From: Candidatus Kaiserbacteria bacterium
GTDB taxonomy: Bacteria > Patescibacteriota > Minisyncoccia > Phycocordibacterales > UBA2100
DNA length: 64,000 nt
Direction: 5' to 3'
NCBI GenBank assembly: GCA_016214605.1
Contig: JACROD010000020.1
Span: forward strand, 30,158-94,157
The notes under the pieces are model-generated. The model saw only the letters and a program-made list of their open reading frames with translations. It was not told the DNA's origin and did no database searches. Made by a program: the position numbers and the translations under genes. Positions 49,293 to 58,919 of this stretch are shown one piece after another (the first letter of the stretch is position 1; every line of letters begins with the position of its first letter).

Positions 49293-49625
49293 ATGCATGT
49301 ATTCTTGAAATATCTCGGTACGGTTGCCGCTGTCGTACTAACCCTCTCTATCGTGCCGGGCCTGTCGTCGGCCGATTGGGTCACGACGTTTTTGGTCGCA
49401 CTCGTATGGTCGGTGATCGTCACGGTCATCAAGCCGGTGCTCAAGCTGCTCACGCTTCCTATCACGATCATCACGTTCGGTATCTTTTCGTTCGTGCTCA
49501 ATGCGCTCCTTTTCTGGGCGATGACCCTTATCGTGCCGGGATTCATGGTCGCCGGGTTTTGGTCGGCGCTTCTCGGTGCGATCGTACTTTCTATCCTATC
49601 GTGGTTGATACACCAGCTTCTCTAG
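49293..49625 (+). CDS. Phage-holin-4_2/YvlD (DUF360)-like membrane protein
   Basis: IKPVLKLLTLPITIITFGIFSFVLNALL, GFWSALLGAIV. Confidence 0.85.
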   Translation: MHVFLKYLGTVAAVVLTLSIVPGLSSADWVTTFLVALVWSVIVTVIKPVLKLLTLPITIITFGIFSFVLNALLFWAMTLIVPGFMVAGFWSALLGAIVLSILSWLIHQLL

Positions 49626-49628
49626 CAC

Positions 49629-50465
49629 ATGTCTGTGTATTGTTATTTCAACGGACAGATCATGCCGATCGACGAAGCGAAGGTCGGTATCAAGGATATC
49701 GGAATCTTACGCGGATTCGGCATCTATGAGGCGATGGGTACCGCCAGCCGCCGACCATTCATGTTTGAGGACCATATGGCGCGCTACCGCCGCACGGCCG
49801 ACGAACTGCATCTCAAGATCCCTGCGACCGAAGACGAGATTCTCGCGGCGATCAACGACCTGATCGCACGCAATGTGTCCGAGGATAAAGAGGCCACGAT
49901 CAAATTTTTCATCACTGGCGGTGCGACGATTCACGGTATCGAATATGATTACGAGCATCCGACGTTCTTCATGCTCGTCGATCCGCATATTCCATTTGAG
50001 TCGCATTACTATACTGAGGGGGCGGTGGTCACGGTTTTCGAACACTTGCGCCAGTTTCCGCAGCTCAAGACGACCAACTACATCCAGGCTGTGATGCTCC
50101 AGCAGGCGCGCAAGGATGCAGGTGCGATCGAGATACTCTACACATGGGGCGGCAAGGTGCTCGAATGCGCGACGAGTAATTTTATGATCGTCAAAGACGG
50201 CAAGATCATTACCGCCAAAGAAGACATTCTCTTCGGTATTACGCGCAAGGTCGCGCTCGATGTGGCACGCCCGCTTTTCACCATCGAAGAGCGCGATGTA
50301 TCGCTCGATGAGCTGTATGCCGCCGACGAAGCATTCCTCACTTCCAGCTTCAAAGACGTCATGCCGGTGGTCAAGGTAGGGGACAAGCTGATCGGCGAGG
50401 GCCGTGTAGGCCCCGTCACCAAGCGCGTCATAGAATTATTTGAAGAATATAAAAAAGCATATTGA
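49629..50465 (+). CDS. PLP-dependent class IV aminotransferase (IlvE/Dat/PabC family)
   Basis: RGFGIYE, LKTTNY, ECATSN, ILFGITR, ADEAFLTSS. Confidence 0.9.
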   Translation: MSVYCYFNGQIMPIDEAKVGIKDIGILRGFGIYEAMGTASRRPFMFEDHMARYRRTADELHLKIPATEDEILAAINDLIARNVSEDKEATIKFFITGGATIHGIEYDYEHPTFFMLVDPHIPFESHYYTEGAVVTVFEHLRQFPQLKTTNYIQAVMLQQARKDAGAIEILYTWGGKVLECATSNFMIVKDGKIITAKEDILFGITRKVALDVARPLFTIEERDVSLDELYAADEAFLTSSFKDVMPVVKVGDKLIGEGRVGPVTKRVIELFEEYKKAY

Positions 50466-50914
50466 CTATGACGATGCCGACATTCACATGCCCCTTTTGC
50501 ACCGACCCTGTCGTCCAGGACCGCGCGATCATCAAGGAAAAACTCGCCTGGTCTTTCCCGACCAATATCCCCGTCGTCCCCGGACATACCCTGATATTGC
50601 CGGTACGATGTGTCGCGACCTTTGAAGAATTGACGCCCGAAGAGCGTGTCGCGATATTTGATCTCATGTCGCGCACGATGAGATCGCTCAAGAAGGTATT
50701 CGCCGCCGAGGGTTTCAATGTCGCCTGGAATCAAGGAGAGGTCGCCGGACAATCCGTCCCGCATTTTCATCTCCACGTGCTTCCGCGCAAGTCAGGGGAT
50801 ACCGGCATTACCCAATACGAACCGCGTCAATTCCTCTATCGCCCCGGCGCCCGTGAGACATCGCCCGAAGAAGAACTGAAAGATGTCGCAAAAATAATTC
50901 GTGATAATTTGTAG
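50462..50914 (+). CDS. HIT family hydrolase
   Basis: CPFC, PGHTLI, AGQSVPHFHLHVLPR. Confidence 0.93.
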   Translation: MTMTMPTFTCPFCTDPVVQDRAIIKEKLAWSFPTNIPVVPGHTLILPVRCVATFEELTPEERVAIFDLMSRTMRSLKKVFAAEGFNVAWNQGEVAGQSVPHFHLHVLPRKSGDTGITQYEPRQFLYRPGARETSPEEELKDVAKIIRDNL

Positions 50915-50918
50915 GGGA

Positions 50919-52307
50919 TCAAGACGCGTAGGTGTCGTAGAGCGAGGGATCTTCGATTGTTTCGATTTTCTCCTCGCACAGGTCGCGCGCCATGCGTGCT
51001 TTGTCGAAATGATAATCCTCGTCGGGAAAGAATCCGGAGATCGCTTCGGCGTCACGCATCGCGTTGTAGAGGCAGACCGATGCACCGGGGGATGGGGACA
51101 TGTTGAAGATGATCTTGTCTCCGATGATCTTGCCTTCACCGAGTAAGAGCTCGCGCGTGCGCGTGTCGACGCGCTGTAAGCGCATACCGCCGTATCCGCG
51201 AGCACGTCGCACATCGCGGCCGCGCAAGGTTGGTACGATCTTGCGTAGCTGCGGGAGCAGAAAATATGTTCCGATGACCGGCAGATCGTAGAAAAAGTTG
51301 CGCAACAGGTACCAAAATCGCAACGGATCGAGGAGGATGGAGCCGAAGCTCGCCCATGTCGCTATCCGGTGCATTCCCGATGCACTGAAGAATTGCCGCA
51401 TGGTAGAGAGCTTGCCCGCCTCAAGTGCCGGATAGAATCGTGCGGTCGGGCCCCAGCGCGTGAGTCCCGGAGCGGTGAGATCGGGATCGCCGTGCACAGC
51501 GGCAAAAGGCATACGTGGATCTTGCACGCGGTATACTTTGCCGCGCAGTTTTTGCGGCGTGAAGTAGAAGCTGCCCGCGATAGGGATGAGGGAAAATTCC
51601 TTGCCGTATCCGAGGCTTTTTGCGAATCCCAAGCTGTGTGCGTCTGCATTGACGACGACGATATCCGCTCTGACGGGGCCCTTGTCGGTATTCAAAATAT
51701 ATACGCCGTCGCGCCGCTCTATCTGCTCGACAGTATGTCCGAGCAAGAGATTGACGGTATTGCCAGCGGCTTCTTGCGCGCGCCTCGCGAATGATCGCGC
51801 GAGAAGGCCAAAATCGACGGCATACCCTTGGCTACTGCAGAGTCCAAGCACGAGTTCGTGCGGATCGCGGCCGCGCATGACTTCCGGTTCCGCTTCTGCG
51901 ATGCCGTGTGCGTCGAGCTTTTGCAATTCGGGAAAAATCTCTTTCAGTGCATCGTGGCGTTTCTCGAGCGTCTCGACTTCGCCCTGCCCGACGGCGAGCA
52001 CCATCTTTTGTACACGTCTGAGGATAGTGTCCCTCTCCTCAGGGGGGAGCGTTTCAGTATAGCGTTTTACCATTCCGGCGGCGCCGCGCACTTGTCGCGC
52101 CTTTTCCGCAGAATAATTCGTCTCAATGTCGCCCATATGCAGTGTTTGGCTGTTGTTCTTCGCGTGTGAGTTGACCTGTCCGAACAAATGATACTTTTCG
52201 ATAAGCGCGATGCGCTGGATATCGGTGTAGTGTGAGAGCGCATACAGGAGCGCCGTACCCGAGACGCCGCCGCCTACTATAACGATATCGTAGCGATCAT
52301 TTTCCAT
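50919..52307 (-). CDS. mqo: Malate:quinone oxidoreductase-like FAD oxidoreductase
   Basis: GGGVSG, NNSQTLHMGDIETNY, PFAAVHGDPD, FNMSPSPGASVCL. Confidence 0.78.
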   Translation of the reverse strand: MENDRYDIVIVGGGVSGTALLYALSHYTDIQRIALIEKYHLFGQVNSHAKNNSQTLHMGDIETNYSAEKARQVRGAAGMVKRYTETLPPEERDTILRRVQKMVLAVGQGEVETLEKRHDALKEIFPELQKLDAHGIAEAEPEVMRGRDPHELVLGLCSSQGYAVDFGLLARSFARRAQEAAGNTVNLLLGHTVEQIERRDGVYILNTDKGPVRADIVVVNADAHSLGFAKSLGYGKEFSLIPIAGSFYFTPQKLRGKVYRVQDPRMPFAAVHGDPDLTAPGLTRWGPTARFYPALEAGKLSTMRQFFSASGMHRIATWASFGSILLDPLRFWYLLRNFFYDLPVIGTYFLLPQLRKIVPTLRGRDVRRARGYGGMRLQRVDTRTRELLLGEGKIIGDKIIFNMSPSPGASVCLYNAMRDAEAISGFFPDEDYHFDKARMARDLCEEKIETIEDPSLYDTYAS

Positions 52308-52364
52308 ATTTTTTAGAGTTGTACACAGACGCTTCCTTGCGCATTCATTGACGCCGAGTACTAT

Positions 52365-52396
52365 TGCTATATTACTAGTAATACAGTAATATAGCA
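52365..52396. promoter_or_regulatory. 12-8-12 inverted repeat, probable ArsR operator between divergent mqo and arsR
   Basis: tgctatattact-N8-agtaatatagca, just downstream of TTGACG (52348-52353). Confidence 0.7.
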
Positions 52397-52399
52397 TGA

Positions 52400-52702
52400 A
52401 TGGAAACAAAGAAATATAAAAAGATCCCGATCGATCCGGACCTTACCAAGCGAGCCAGGCTTTTGGCGCTTGCCGGGGACGAGACGCGGATCCGGATCTT
52501 CTGCTTCATGTTTGAGTACGGCGAAGCGTGCGTGTCGGATATAGCGGAGAGTCTGGATATGAACATCAACACCATTTCGCATCATCTGCGAATGATGAAA
52601 GACAACGGTTTGTTCGTCTGTGAGCGCATGGGCACCAATATCTGCTACAAGCTCGTGCGCGATGAATTCGTAGATAATCTCGAAAAGACGATCTGCGGGT
52701 AA
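52400..52702 (+). CDS. ArsR/SmtB family transcriptional regulator
   Basis: DETRIRI, ACVSDIA, ISHHLR, R.G..ICY.L. Confidence 0.88.
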   Translation: METKKYKKIPIDPDLTKRARLLALAGDETRIRIFCFMFEYGEACVSDIAESLDMNINTISHHLRMMKDNGLFVCERMGTNICYKLVRDEFVDNLEKTICG

Positions 52703-52743
52703 TCTGTCGTTTATTAATTATTATTTATTTTCTACAATTACAT

Positions 52744-53178
52744 ATGGATCAAAAAGTAATAGGCGGAGTAGTGGGAGGTCTTGCGGGCGGCGTCATCTTC
52801 GGCATGCTCATGCAGATGATGGGCATGATGCCGATGATCGCGAGCATGATCGGAAGTACGGCGACCGCCGTCGGATGGATCATACACCTTGTTATCAGCG
52901 CAGTTACGGGGGCGATCTTCGTGCTGGTGTTCTCAAAATTCGTGCGCAATTACGCGGAAGGTTTCGGATACGGCCTGCTTTACGGCATGATCTGGTGGGT
53001 GCTCGGCGCTCTTATTGCGATGCCGGTCATTCTCGGCATGGGAGTGCAGATTCAAAATGCTTTCGACACGATGCGTCTTATGTCCTTGATGGGACATGTG
53101 ATCTTCGGTGTGATCCTCGGTGTCGTGTATGTGTGGTACACGGTGAAAGGTCATGAAAGCATGGAACACACCCACTAA
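52744..53178 (+). CDS. Met/Gly-rich four-helix membrane protein
   Basis: Four hydrophobic helices, GWIIHLVIS and SLMGHVIFG His pair. Confidence 0.75.
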   Translation: MDQKVIGGVVGGLAGGVIFGMLMQMMGMMPMIASMIGSTATAVGWIIHLVISAVTGAIFVLVFSKFVRNYAEGFGYGLLYGMIWWVLGALIAMPVILGMGVQIQNAFDTMRLMSLMGHVIFGVILGVVYVWYTVKGHESMEHTH

Positions 53179-53198
53179 CTCAATAATTATTCCCCAGT

Positions 53199-53435
53199 AT
53201 GAAAAACGTAACGATATATACCACACCGACCTGTCACTTCTGTCACGGCGCGAAAGAGTTCTTCAAAGAGCATAATGTGACATATACAGAAAAGGATGTT
53301 TCCAGCGACATAGCTGCACGTACGGAAATGGTCGAGAAGTCGGGTCAGATGGGCGTGCCCCTCATCGATATCGAGGGCAAGCTGATCATTGGTTTCGATG
53401 AGAGCGCGTTGCGCAAGGAATTGCAGATCGCGTAG
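53199..53435 (+). CDS. Glutaredoxin-like protein (NrdH/YruB type)
   Basis: YTTPTCHFC, SGQMGVP, IIGFD. Confidence 0.9.
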   Translation: MKNVTIYTTPTCHFCHGAKEFFKEHNVTYTEKDVSSDIAARTEMVEKSGQMGVPLIDIEGKLIIGFDESALRKELQIA

Positions 53436-53478
53436 CACATGGAAAGCTTATTTCTGATCATTATTTTCTTTCCCTCAT

Positions 53479-54003
53479 ATGAAAACCACTTTAATCGTTC
53501 TCGGAGTCGTTGTAGTGATCGCGGCAGTGTTCGCGTGGTCGCGGCCGACGCCGCAAGCGGCGGTGCATGCCGATGCTGCGGCGGATCAAACGGGATCGAC
53601 CCTTCGTCCCGCCCCCGATTTTTCGCTTGAGAAGGTTGGCGGCGGCACGATCACGCTTGCCGACTTCAGGGGCAAGAAGCCGGTCATTCTCGATTTCTGG
53701 ACGACCTGGTGCCCCAATTGCCGTCGCGACATGCCGCGCCAAAATGAATGGTACAAGAAATACAAAGATTCGGTCGAAGTGATCGGCATCGACATGCAAG
53801 AGGATTCGAGCGTCGTCAAAGCGTTTGTCGAGAAGCTTAGTATTGTGTACCCGATAGCGCTCGATCCGCGGGCGCAGGCGACGAGGAGCTACAATGTCAT
53901 CTACACGAATTATCATGTGCTCGTCGACAAACAAGGCACTGTCGTAAAGACGATCCCGGGCGACATTAGCGAGCAGGATTTCTTGTCGCTCATCAATTTG
54001 TAA
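53479..54003 (+). CDS. TlpA-like membrane-anchored thioredoxin
   Basis: N-terminal TM, APDFSL, FWTTWCPNC. Confidence 0.88.
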   Translation: MKTTLIVLGVVVVIAAVFAWSRPTPQAAVHADAAADQTGSTLRPAPDFSLEKVGGGTITLADFRGKKPVILDFWTTWCPNCRRDMPRQNEWYKKYKDSVEVIGIDMQEDSSVVKAFVEKLSIVYPIALDPRAQATRSYNVIYTNYHVLVDKQGTVVKTIPGDISEQDFLSLINL

Positions 54004-54005
54004 CC

Positions 54006-55022
54006 ATGACCATCCTGCGTCCTGTCATCGTGATCGTTCTTCTGCTCGGCATAGGAGCCGCCGTGCTCTATGGTCTGTGGCATGTGATGAATAGTTCCGG
54101 CGCCGCGCGTACGGCCTCTTCGTCTACCCCTGGAGGCCGTAGGCTTGGCGCCGGAGGTGCGCTTACGACGAATACCGCCAAGCACTCCATTCCGCTCGAG
54201 GCTGTGCTCGACGGCGGCCCGGGCAAAGATGGCATCCCCACACTCGTCGATCCGACCTTCACATCCATTGAAGACGTCGATTCCGACATCACCGATACAG
54301 TCGATGGTATTCTCGTAACGGTCGGCGATGTCGCGAAATTCTATCCGTACAACATCATGGTATGGCATGAGATCGTAAATGATACGGTAGGCGGCAAGTC
54401 GCTCATCGTCACGTTTTGTCCGCTGTGCGGCTCGGCGATCGTGTATGAGGCGGAGGTCAATGGCAAGACAGAGCTATTCGGCGTCTCCGGTAAGCTCTAC
54501 AATTCCAATCTCTTGATGTACGACAAGACGACGGAGAGCTTGTGGTCGCAGGTGCAAGGCGAGGCCGTCGTCGGTGATCTGACTGGCGTCTCGCTCACGC
54601 TCTATCCGTCGCAAGTCATTTCGTTCAAGACGCTTCGCGAGAAATATCCGCAGGCGCACGTGTTGAGTACCGATACCGGGTACCGGCGCGACTACTCATT
54701 TTACCCATACGGCAACTACGATACTTCAAGCGACTTGTATTTCCCGATCGCCATCACCGACACGCGCCTGCCGACCAAAGAGATCATGCACGTAGTGAAT
54801 TACAACAATCACTCGATTGCCTTCAAGGTCAAAGACTTGAAGCCGGGAGTTGTGGCAAACGTGGATGTGTCAGGCAAGAAATTGATCGGCAAACTTGAGG
54901 GGGGAGAAATAATCATTACTGCGGAGAGTGGCGAGAAACTCCCTGGTTACACGACGATGTGGTTCGCCTGGGCAGTGCATCATCAGCAAGACGGTATTGT
55001 ATGGACCGTCGCGCCGGAATAG
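54006..55022 (+). CDS. DUF3179-like exported protein
   Basis: GGPGKDGIP, WHEIVND, TFCPLCGS, FGVSGKLYNSNLLMYD, SLWSQ. Confidence 0.85.
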   Translation: MTILRPVIVIVLLLGIGAAVLYGLWHVMNSSGAARTASSSTPGGRRLGAGGALTTNTAKHSIPLEAVLDGGPGKDGIPTLVDPTFTSIEDVDSDITDTVDGILVTVGDVAKFYPYNIMVWHEIVNDTVGGKSLIVTFCPLCGSAIVYEAEVNGKTELFGVSGKLYNSNLLMYDKTTESLWSQVQGEAVVGDLTGVSLTLYPSQVISFKTLREKYPQAHVLSTDTGYRRDYSFYPYGNYDTSSDLYFPIAITDTRLPTKEIMHVVNYNNHSIAFKVKDLKPGVVANVDVSGKKLIGKLEGGEIIITAESGEKLPGYTTMWFAWAVHHQQDGIVWTVAPE

Positions 55023-55291
55023 CAAGATACGATGGAGGTATTATTCGTTAACTCAAGATCTACATTTTATGAACAAAAAAGTCATTATCGCCGGTCTCGT
55101 AGCAAGCATGGTGGCACCTGCGACTGCGGGTGCGGAAAATAGGACAAATGGACCGCCGCCGAGGTGGTACCGCTTCGGTGGCGGTCCATAACAAGTAAGG
55201 AATAGGTGAATAGTATGGGTATGTATGGTCACCGTAAACTATATTATCAAGATTATATTCAACGCTTGAATCCGCGATACACATTTTATTT

Positions 55292-56209
55292 ATGGAACAA
55301 TTCATTCTTACCGTAAAAGCGCAACAACAGAAATATGCGAACCCTCTCGTACTTATCCACGGCTCATGGGGGTCATCCGCCATGTGGATGGGTTACACAC
55401 AATTCTTATCAATGAAAGGTTTTGATGTATATGCGCCTGATCTGCGCGGACACGGCAAGAGCGAGGGCGCACTCGCGGGAGCGACGATGTCTGATTACGT
55501 CGCCGATGTCGTGCGTGCCGTAGCCGATCATGGCCTCAAGGATCCGGTCGTTGTCGGGCACTCCATGGGCGGACTCATTGCGCTCATGTATGCGGCAGAG
55601 TATGGCGCCAAAGCGGTTATCGCTATTGATCCGAGTCCTTCCAAGGAGGTGCAGGGCGAGGGAGTGCACAAAGACTATCTCGCGATCTATTCCCCGATGG
55701 ATGCGGGTATGCCCGCTGATCCGATGGAGGTCATGAAAGCGCTTCCGGACATACCGCAAGAGATGCTCATGAAAATGAAAGACATGCTCGGCATGGAATC
55801 CGGTGTGGCGCGAAGCGAGCGCAAGCTTGGCATCTCGATACCGAAAGAAAAACTCCCGATGCCGATACTCTTTGTCGGGGGCGAGCTTGGCGAGTCGGTG
55901 CCATTCGGTATCGGCATCAAGACCGCTCGCGCCATGGCCGACTTTTATGGGAAAGAAGTGCTGGAGATCAAGGGTGCCACGCACCCCGGCATTCTCATCG
56001 GCGAGCATGCGATGGAGGCTGTACAAGGGATTGAGCAGTGGATCGCGAAAACGTCAGAAGGATCGAATAGAGTATTCACCTGTCCCGTATGCGGCATGCA
56101 GTACAAGGACGAAGAGATCGCAAAGCGATGCGAGGCGTGGTGTACGGAGCACCATAGCTGTAATCTCGACATCATCTCGCACGCCGTCAAACATTCCTCA
56201 ATTGCTTAG
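55292..56209 (+). CDS. Alpha/beta hydrolase with C-terminal Cys-rich domain
   Basis: LIHG, DLRGHG.S, GHSMGG; tail CPVCG...CEAWC...SCNLDI. Confidence 0.85.
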   Translation: MEQFILTVKAQQQKYANPLVLIHGSWGSSAMWMGYTQFLSMKGFDVYAPDLRGHGKSEGALAGATMSDYVADVVRAVADHGLKDPVVVGHSMGGLIALMYAAEYGAKAVIAIDPSPSKEVQGEGVHKDYLAIYSPMDAGMPADPMEVMKALPDIPQEMLMKMKDMLGMESGVARSERKLGISIPKEKLPMPILFVGGELGESVPFGIGIKTARAMADFYGKEVLEIKGATHPGILIGEHAMEAVQGIEQWIAKTSEGSNRVFTCPVCGMQYKDEEIAKRCEAWCTEHHSCNLDIISHAVKHSSIA

Positions 56210-56232
56210 GGTGAGGAGTGTATACTACAAGT

Positions 56233-56862
56233 ATGAAAGGCAATAACACACAAAAAGGTTTCGCGTCTTCCGCACTTATCGGTGTGATCGTTTTCGTGGT
56301 AGTGGTGGGGACGGTCGCGTATCTCACCGTGTCCAAGCAGTCACAAAATACCATGGAGCCGACGGCAGACCATGTCGTCCCCATGGAGGGTGATCAGAGT
56401 ATGACGGGAGAAGTGATGAAAGGGGATGAGATGAAGGCAGGAGATGATGCCATGACAAAAAAAGACGGCGGCGTGATGATGCAAAAATATACGGGCACAG
56501 TCTTGGCCGGTACGTCGGCTCCGCTCTTGGATTTCAACAAAGCCGATTATGATGCTGCCGTACGATCAGGCAAGCTCGTGGTGCTGTATTTCTACGCCAA
56601 CTGGTGTCCGGTCTGCAAAGCGGAGTTTCCGAAGGCGCAGGCTGCGTTCAATGCGCTTACCACGGACGAGGTGATCGGATTTCGCGTCAACTACAAGGAC
56701 AATGAGACGGATAAGGATGAAGAAGCGCTGGCGCGTCAGTTTGGCGTCCCGTATCAACACACCAAGGTTTTCCTCAAAGACGGCAAACAAGTGCTCAAGG
56801 CGCCCGATCAGTGGGACGCGGCGCGCTATACTGTAGAGATACAGAAAGCGCTTACTCAATAA
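56233..56862 (+). CDS. Membrane-anchored thioredoxin with Met-rich linker
   Basis: N-terminal TM, FYANWCPVC, FGVPYQHT. Confidence 0.85.
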   Translation: MKGNNTQKGFASSALIGVIVFVVVVGTVAYLTVSKQSQNTMEPTADHVVPMEGDQSMTGEVMKGDEMKAGDDAMTKKDGGVMMQKYTGTVLAGTSAPLLDFNKADYDAAVRSGKLVVLYFYANWCPVCKAEFPKAQAAFNALTTDEVIGFRVNYKDNETDKDEEALARQFGVPYQHTKVFLKDGKQVLKAPDQWDAARYTVEIQKALTQ

Positions 56863-56890
56863 TTATTAACTGCACTAAATTGAATTAATT

Positions 56891-57682
56891 ATGGAAAACG
56901 ATACTCAGCTTCCCATGCCACAGCCGCCCGCGCGTGATTGGAGTATCTTTTTTGCGAGTGTGTTCTTTGTGCTCGGATTTTCGTTCGTGTTCTCGCTCTT
57001 GGGTGTGCTTTTGCAGACCGTGCTCAGTAATTCTTCATATGCCGTACAGGAATGGCTCGGCCGCATCGGCGGCATCATTATCATCCTCTTCGGTCTCTTC
57101 GTGCTCGGTCTCTTCACGCCAGCATTCCTCAAGCGTGATCACAAAGTCGCGGTGAAACGTCGCTTCAAGTCAAAATATCTTACATCCTTCGTATTCGGTG
57201 CCGCGTTCGCGGTCGGGTGGACCCCATGTGTCTCGGCGGCGCTCGGCGCGATCCTCGTACTTGCGGCGACCAATGCGACGAGCGCGTTTCTCCTGCTCTT
57301 CGCATATACGCTCGGTATTGGCGTACCGTTTCTCGTCGTTGGGCTCTTTACCAATCAGGCGCAAGGGTTCATCGATAGGGCAGGACCGTGGCTGCGCTAT
57401 GTCGAATATGTATTTGGCGTGCTTCTTATCATAATCGGCGTATTCATTTTCGTCGGGGAGCTGAGTAGGATCGCGAATTTTGCCTTCCTTACTGATGTGC
57501 TTACATCGCTCAATATTGGCACCGAAGCTGGCGCCGACATCGCAGGATTGTCCGTCACCAACTTCGTCGTTGCACTGTTTGCCGGCCTCGCATCCTTCCT
57601 CTCGCCGTGTGTGCTGCCTATCATCCCCGGATTCCTTTCATATCTCGCGCAGGTGAGCATCGACCCCAAGATCCAACAATAA
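56891..57682 (+). CDS. ccdA: CcdA/DsbD-type transmembrane electron transporter, permuted motif order
   Basis: GWTPCV is central and FAGLASFLSPCVLPIIPGFLSYL is at the C-terminus. Confidence 0.8.
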   Translation: MENDTQLPMPQPPARDWSIFFASVFFVLGFSFVFSLLGVLLQTVLSNSSYAVQEWLGRIGGIIIILFGLFVLGLFTPAFLKRDHKVAVKRRFKSKYLTSFVFGAAFAVGWTPCVSAALGAILVLAATNATSAFLLLFAYTLGIGVPFLVVGLFTNQAQGFIDRAGPWLRYVEYVFGVLLIIIGVFIFVGELSRIANFAFLTDVLTSLNIGTEAGADIAGLSVTNFVVALFAGLASFLSPCVLPIIPGFLSYLAQVSIDPKIQQ

Positions 57683-57688
57683 ATCTCT

Positions 57689-58912
57689 ATGAACCATGCC
57701 GTTAGAAACGCCCTTCTGATCGTCGTAAGCTCGATCATTGTCGCTTCGATCGTCTTCCTCGAAAGTCAAAAAGTCCATTCATCCGGCCCGTCGTCGGATT
57801 CCAATGCCGCAATCGACCTCGATGCGCTCTTCCAGGCGACGCCGACTCCTTCAGATACTACGTCAGCGATCGCGGGAGCCCCACAGGAGAGCACTCCGAC
57901 CAAGCTGCCGCGGACCAGCGACTTTGAAGCGCTTCGTGCCAAATATTCGCCTGCGGTCGAGCTCGTATCTCCGGATGCGTACATCAACACAGGCCTCAAT
58001 CCCGATGGTTCTGCTAAGCCGATCACTATCGCCTCGCTCATCGGCAAGAAGGTGATCATCGTCGATTTCTGGACGTACAGCTGCATCAACTGTCAGCGCA
58101 ACATCCCGTACATTGAGGCCTGGTACGAGAAGTACAAAGACGCGGGGCTCGTAGTCATCGGCGTGCATTCTCCGGAGTTCGAATTCGAAAAGAATCTTGG
58201 GAACGTACAAGATGCGGTGAAAAAATTCGGCATCACATATCCGGTCATTCTCGACAGCGAGATGCGCACGTGGAATGCGTATTCCAATCTCTATTGGCCG
58301 GCGCACTACATCATCGATATTAACGGTCTTATTGTGGACAAGCATTTTGGCGAAGGTGGGTACGCGCAGACAGAAAGCCAGATCCAGAAGCTCTTGAAGG
58401 AGCGGCAGCAGGTGCTTGGCAGTACGGTGTCGGTGCCTGCGGGCACGGTGAATATCGCGCAGGTCGTGCAGGCCAATAGTCCGGAGACGTATTTCGGCGC
58501 TTCGCGCAACGAATACCTTGGCAATGGCGCACCATTCCTTGGTGGTATGCAGACATACGCGCGCCCCGACGACGCGTCGATTGATCGCAACAATCTCTAC
58601 CTCTCCGGCGCATGGAATCTCGACGCGGAGTACGCGGAGAATCGCTCGTCCGATGCGCGCATCATCTACAAATACACCGCGCGCAATGTCTACTTTGTCG
58701 CGAGCTCGGATGAGGGCTCCTCGATCACTGTCTTGCGCGACGGCGTGCCGGTCGATGGTTCGCACGGGGAAGACGTGTCTCCCGACGGCACCGTCATGAT
58801 CAAAAATGCGCGCCTCTACAAGCTCATATCGGAGACGCAGATGGGCACGCACACCCTCGAGATCATCATCAAAAACCCCGGCCTCAAGGCCTACACGTTT
58901 ACGTTTGGATAG
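57689..58912 (+). CDS. DipZ-like thioredoxin with C-terminal beta domain
   Basis: VDFWTYSCINCQR, GVHSPEFEFEK, SPETYFG, GLKAYTFTFG. Confidence 0.85.
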   Translation: MNHAVRNALLIVVSSIIVASIVFLESQKVHSSGPSSDSNAAIDLDALFQATPTPSDTTSAIAGAPQESTPTKLPRTSDFEALRAKYSPAVELVSPDAYINTGLNPDGSAKPITIASLIGKKVIIVDFWTYSCINCQRNIPYIEAWYEKYKDAGLVVIGVHSPEFEFEKNLGNVQDAVKKFGITYPVILDSEMRTWNAYSNLYWPAHYIIDINGLIVDKHFGEGGYAQTESQIQKLLKERQQVLGSTVSVPAGTVNIAQVVQANSPETYFGASRNEYLGNGAPFLGGMQTYARPDDASIDRNNLYLSGAWNLDAEYAENRSSDARIIYKYTARNVYFVASSDEGSSITVLRDGVPVDGSHGEDVSPDGTVMIKNARLYKLISETQMGTHTLEIIIKNPGLKAYTFTFG

Positions 58913-58919
58913 TGTTTCC

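Noticed and set aside
49293-49625. Holin as evidence for a prophage
   Set aside because: This family is commonly chromosomal; no integrase, terminase or structural genes in the window
55069-55191. 40-aa signal-peptide-like ORF ending in a GC hairpin
   Set aside because: Too short and without recognisable homology; probably a gene remnant
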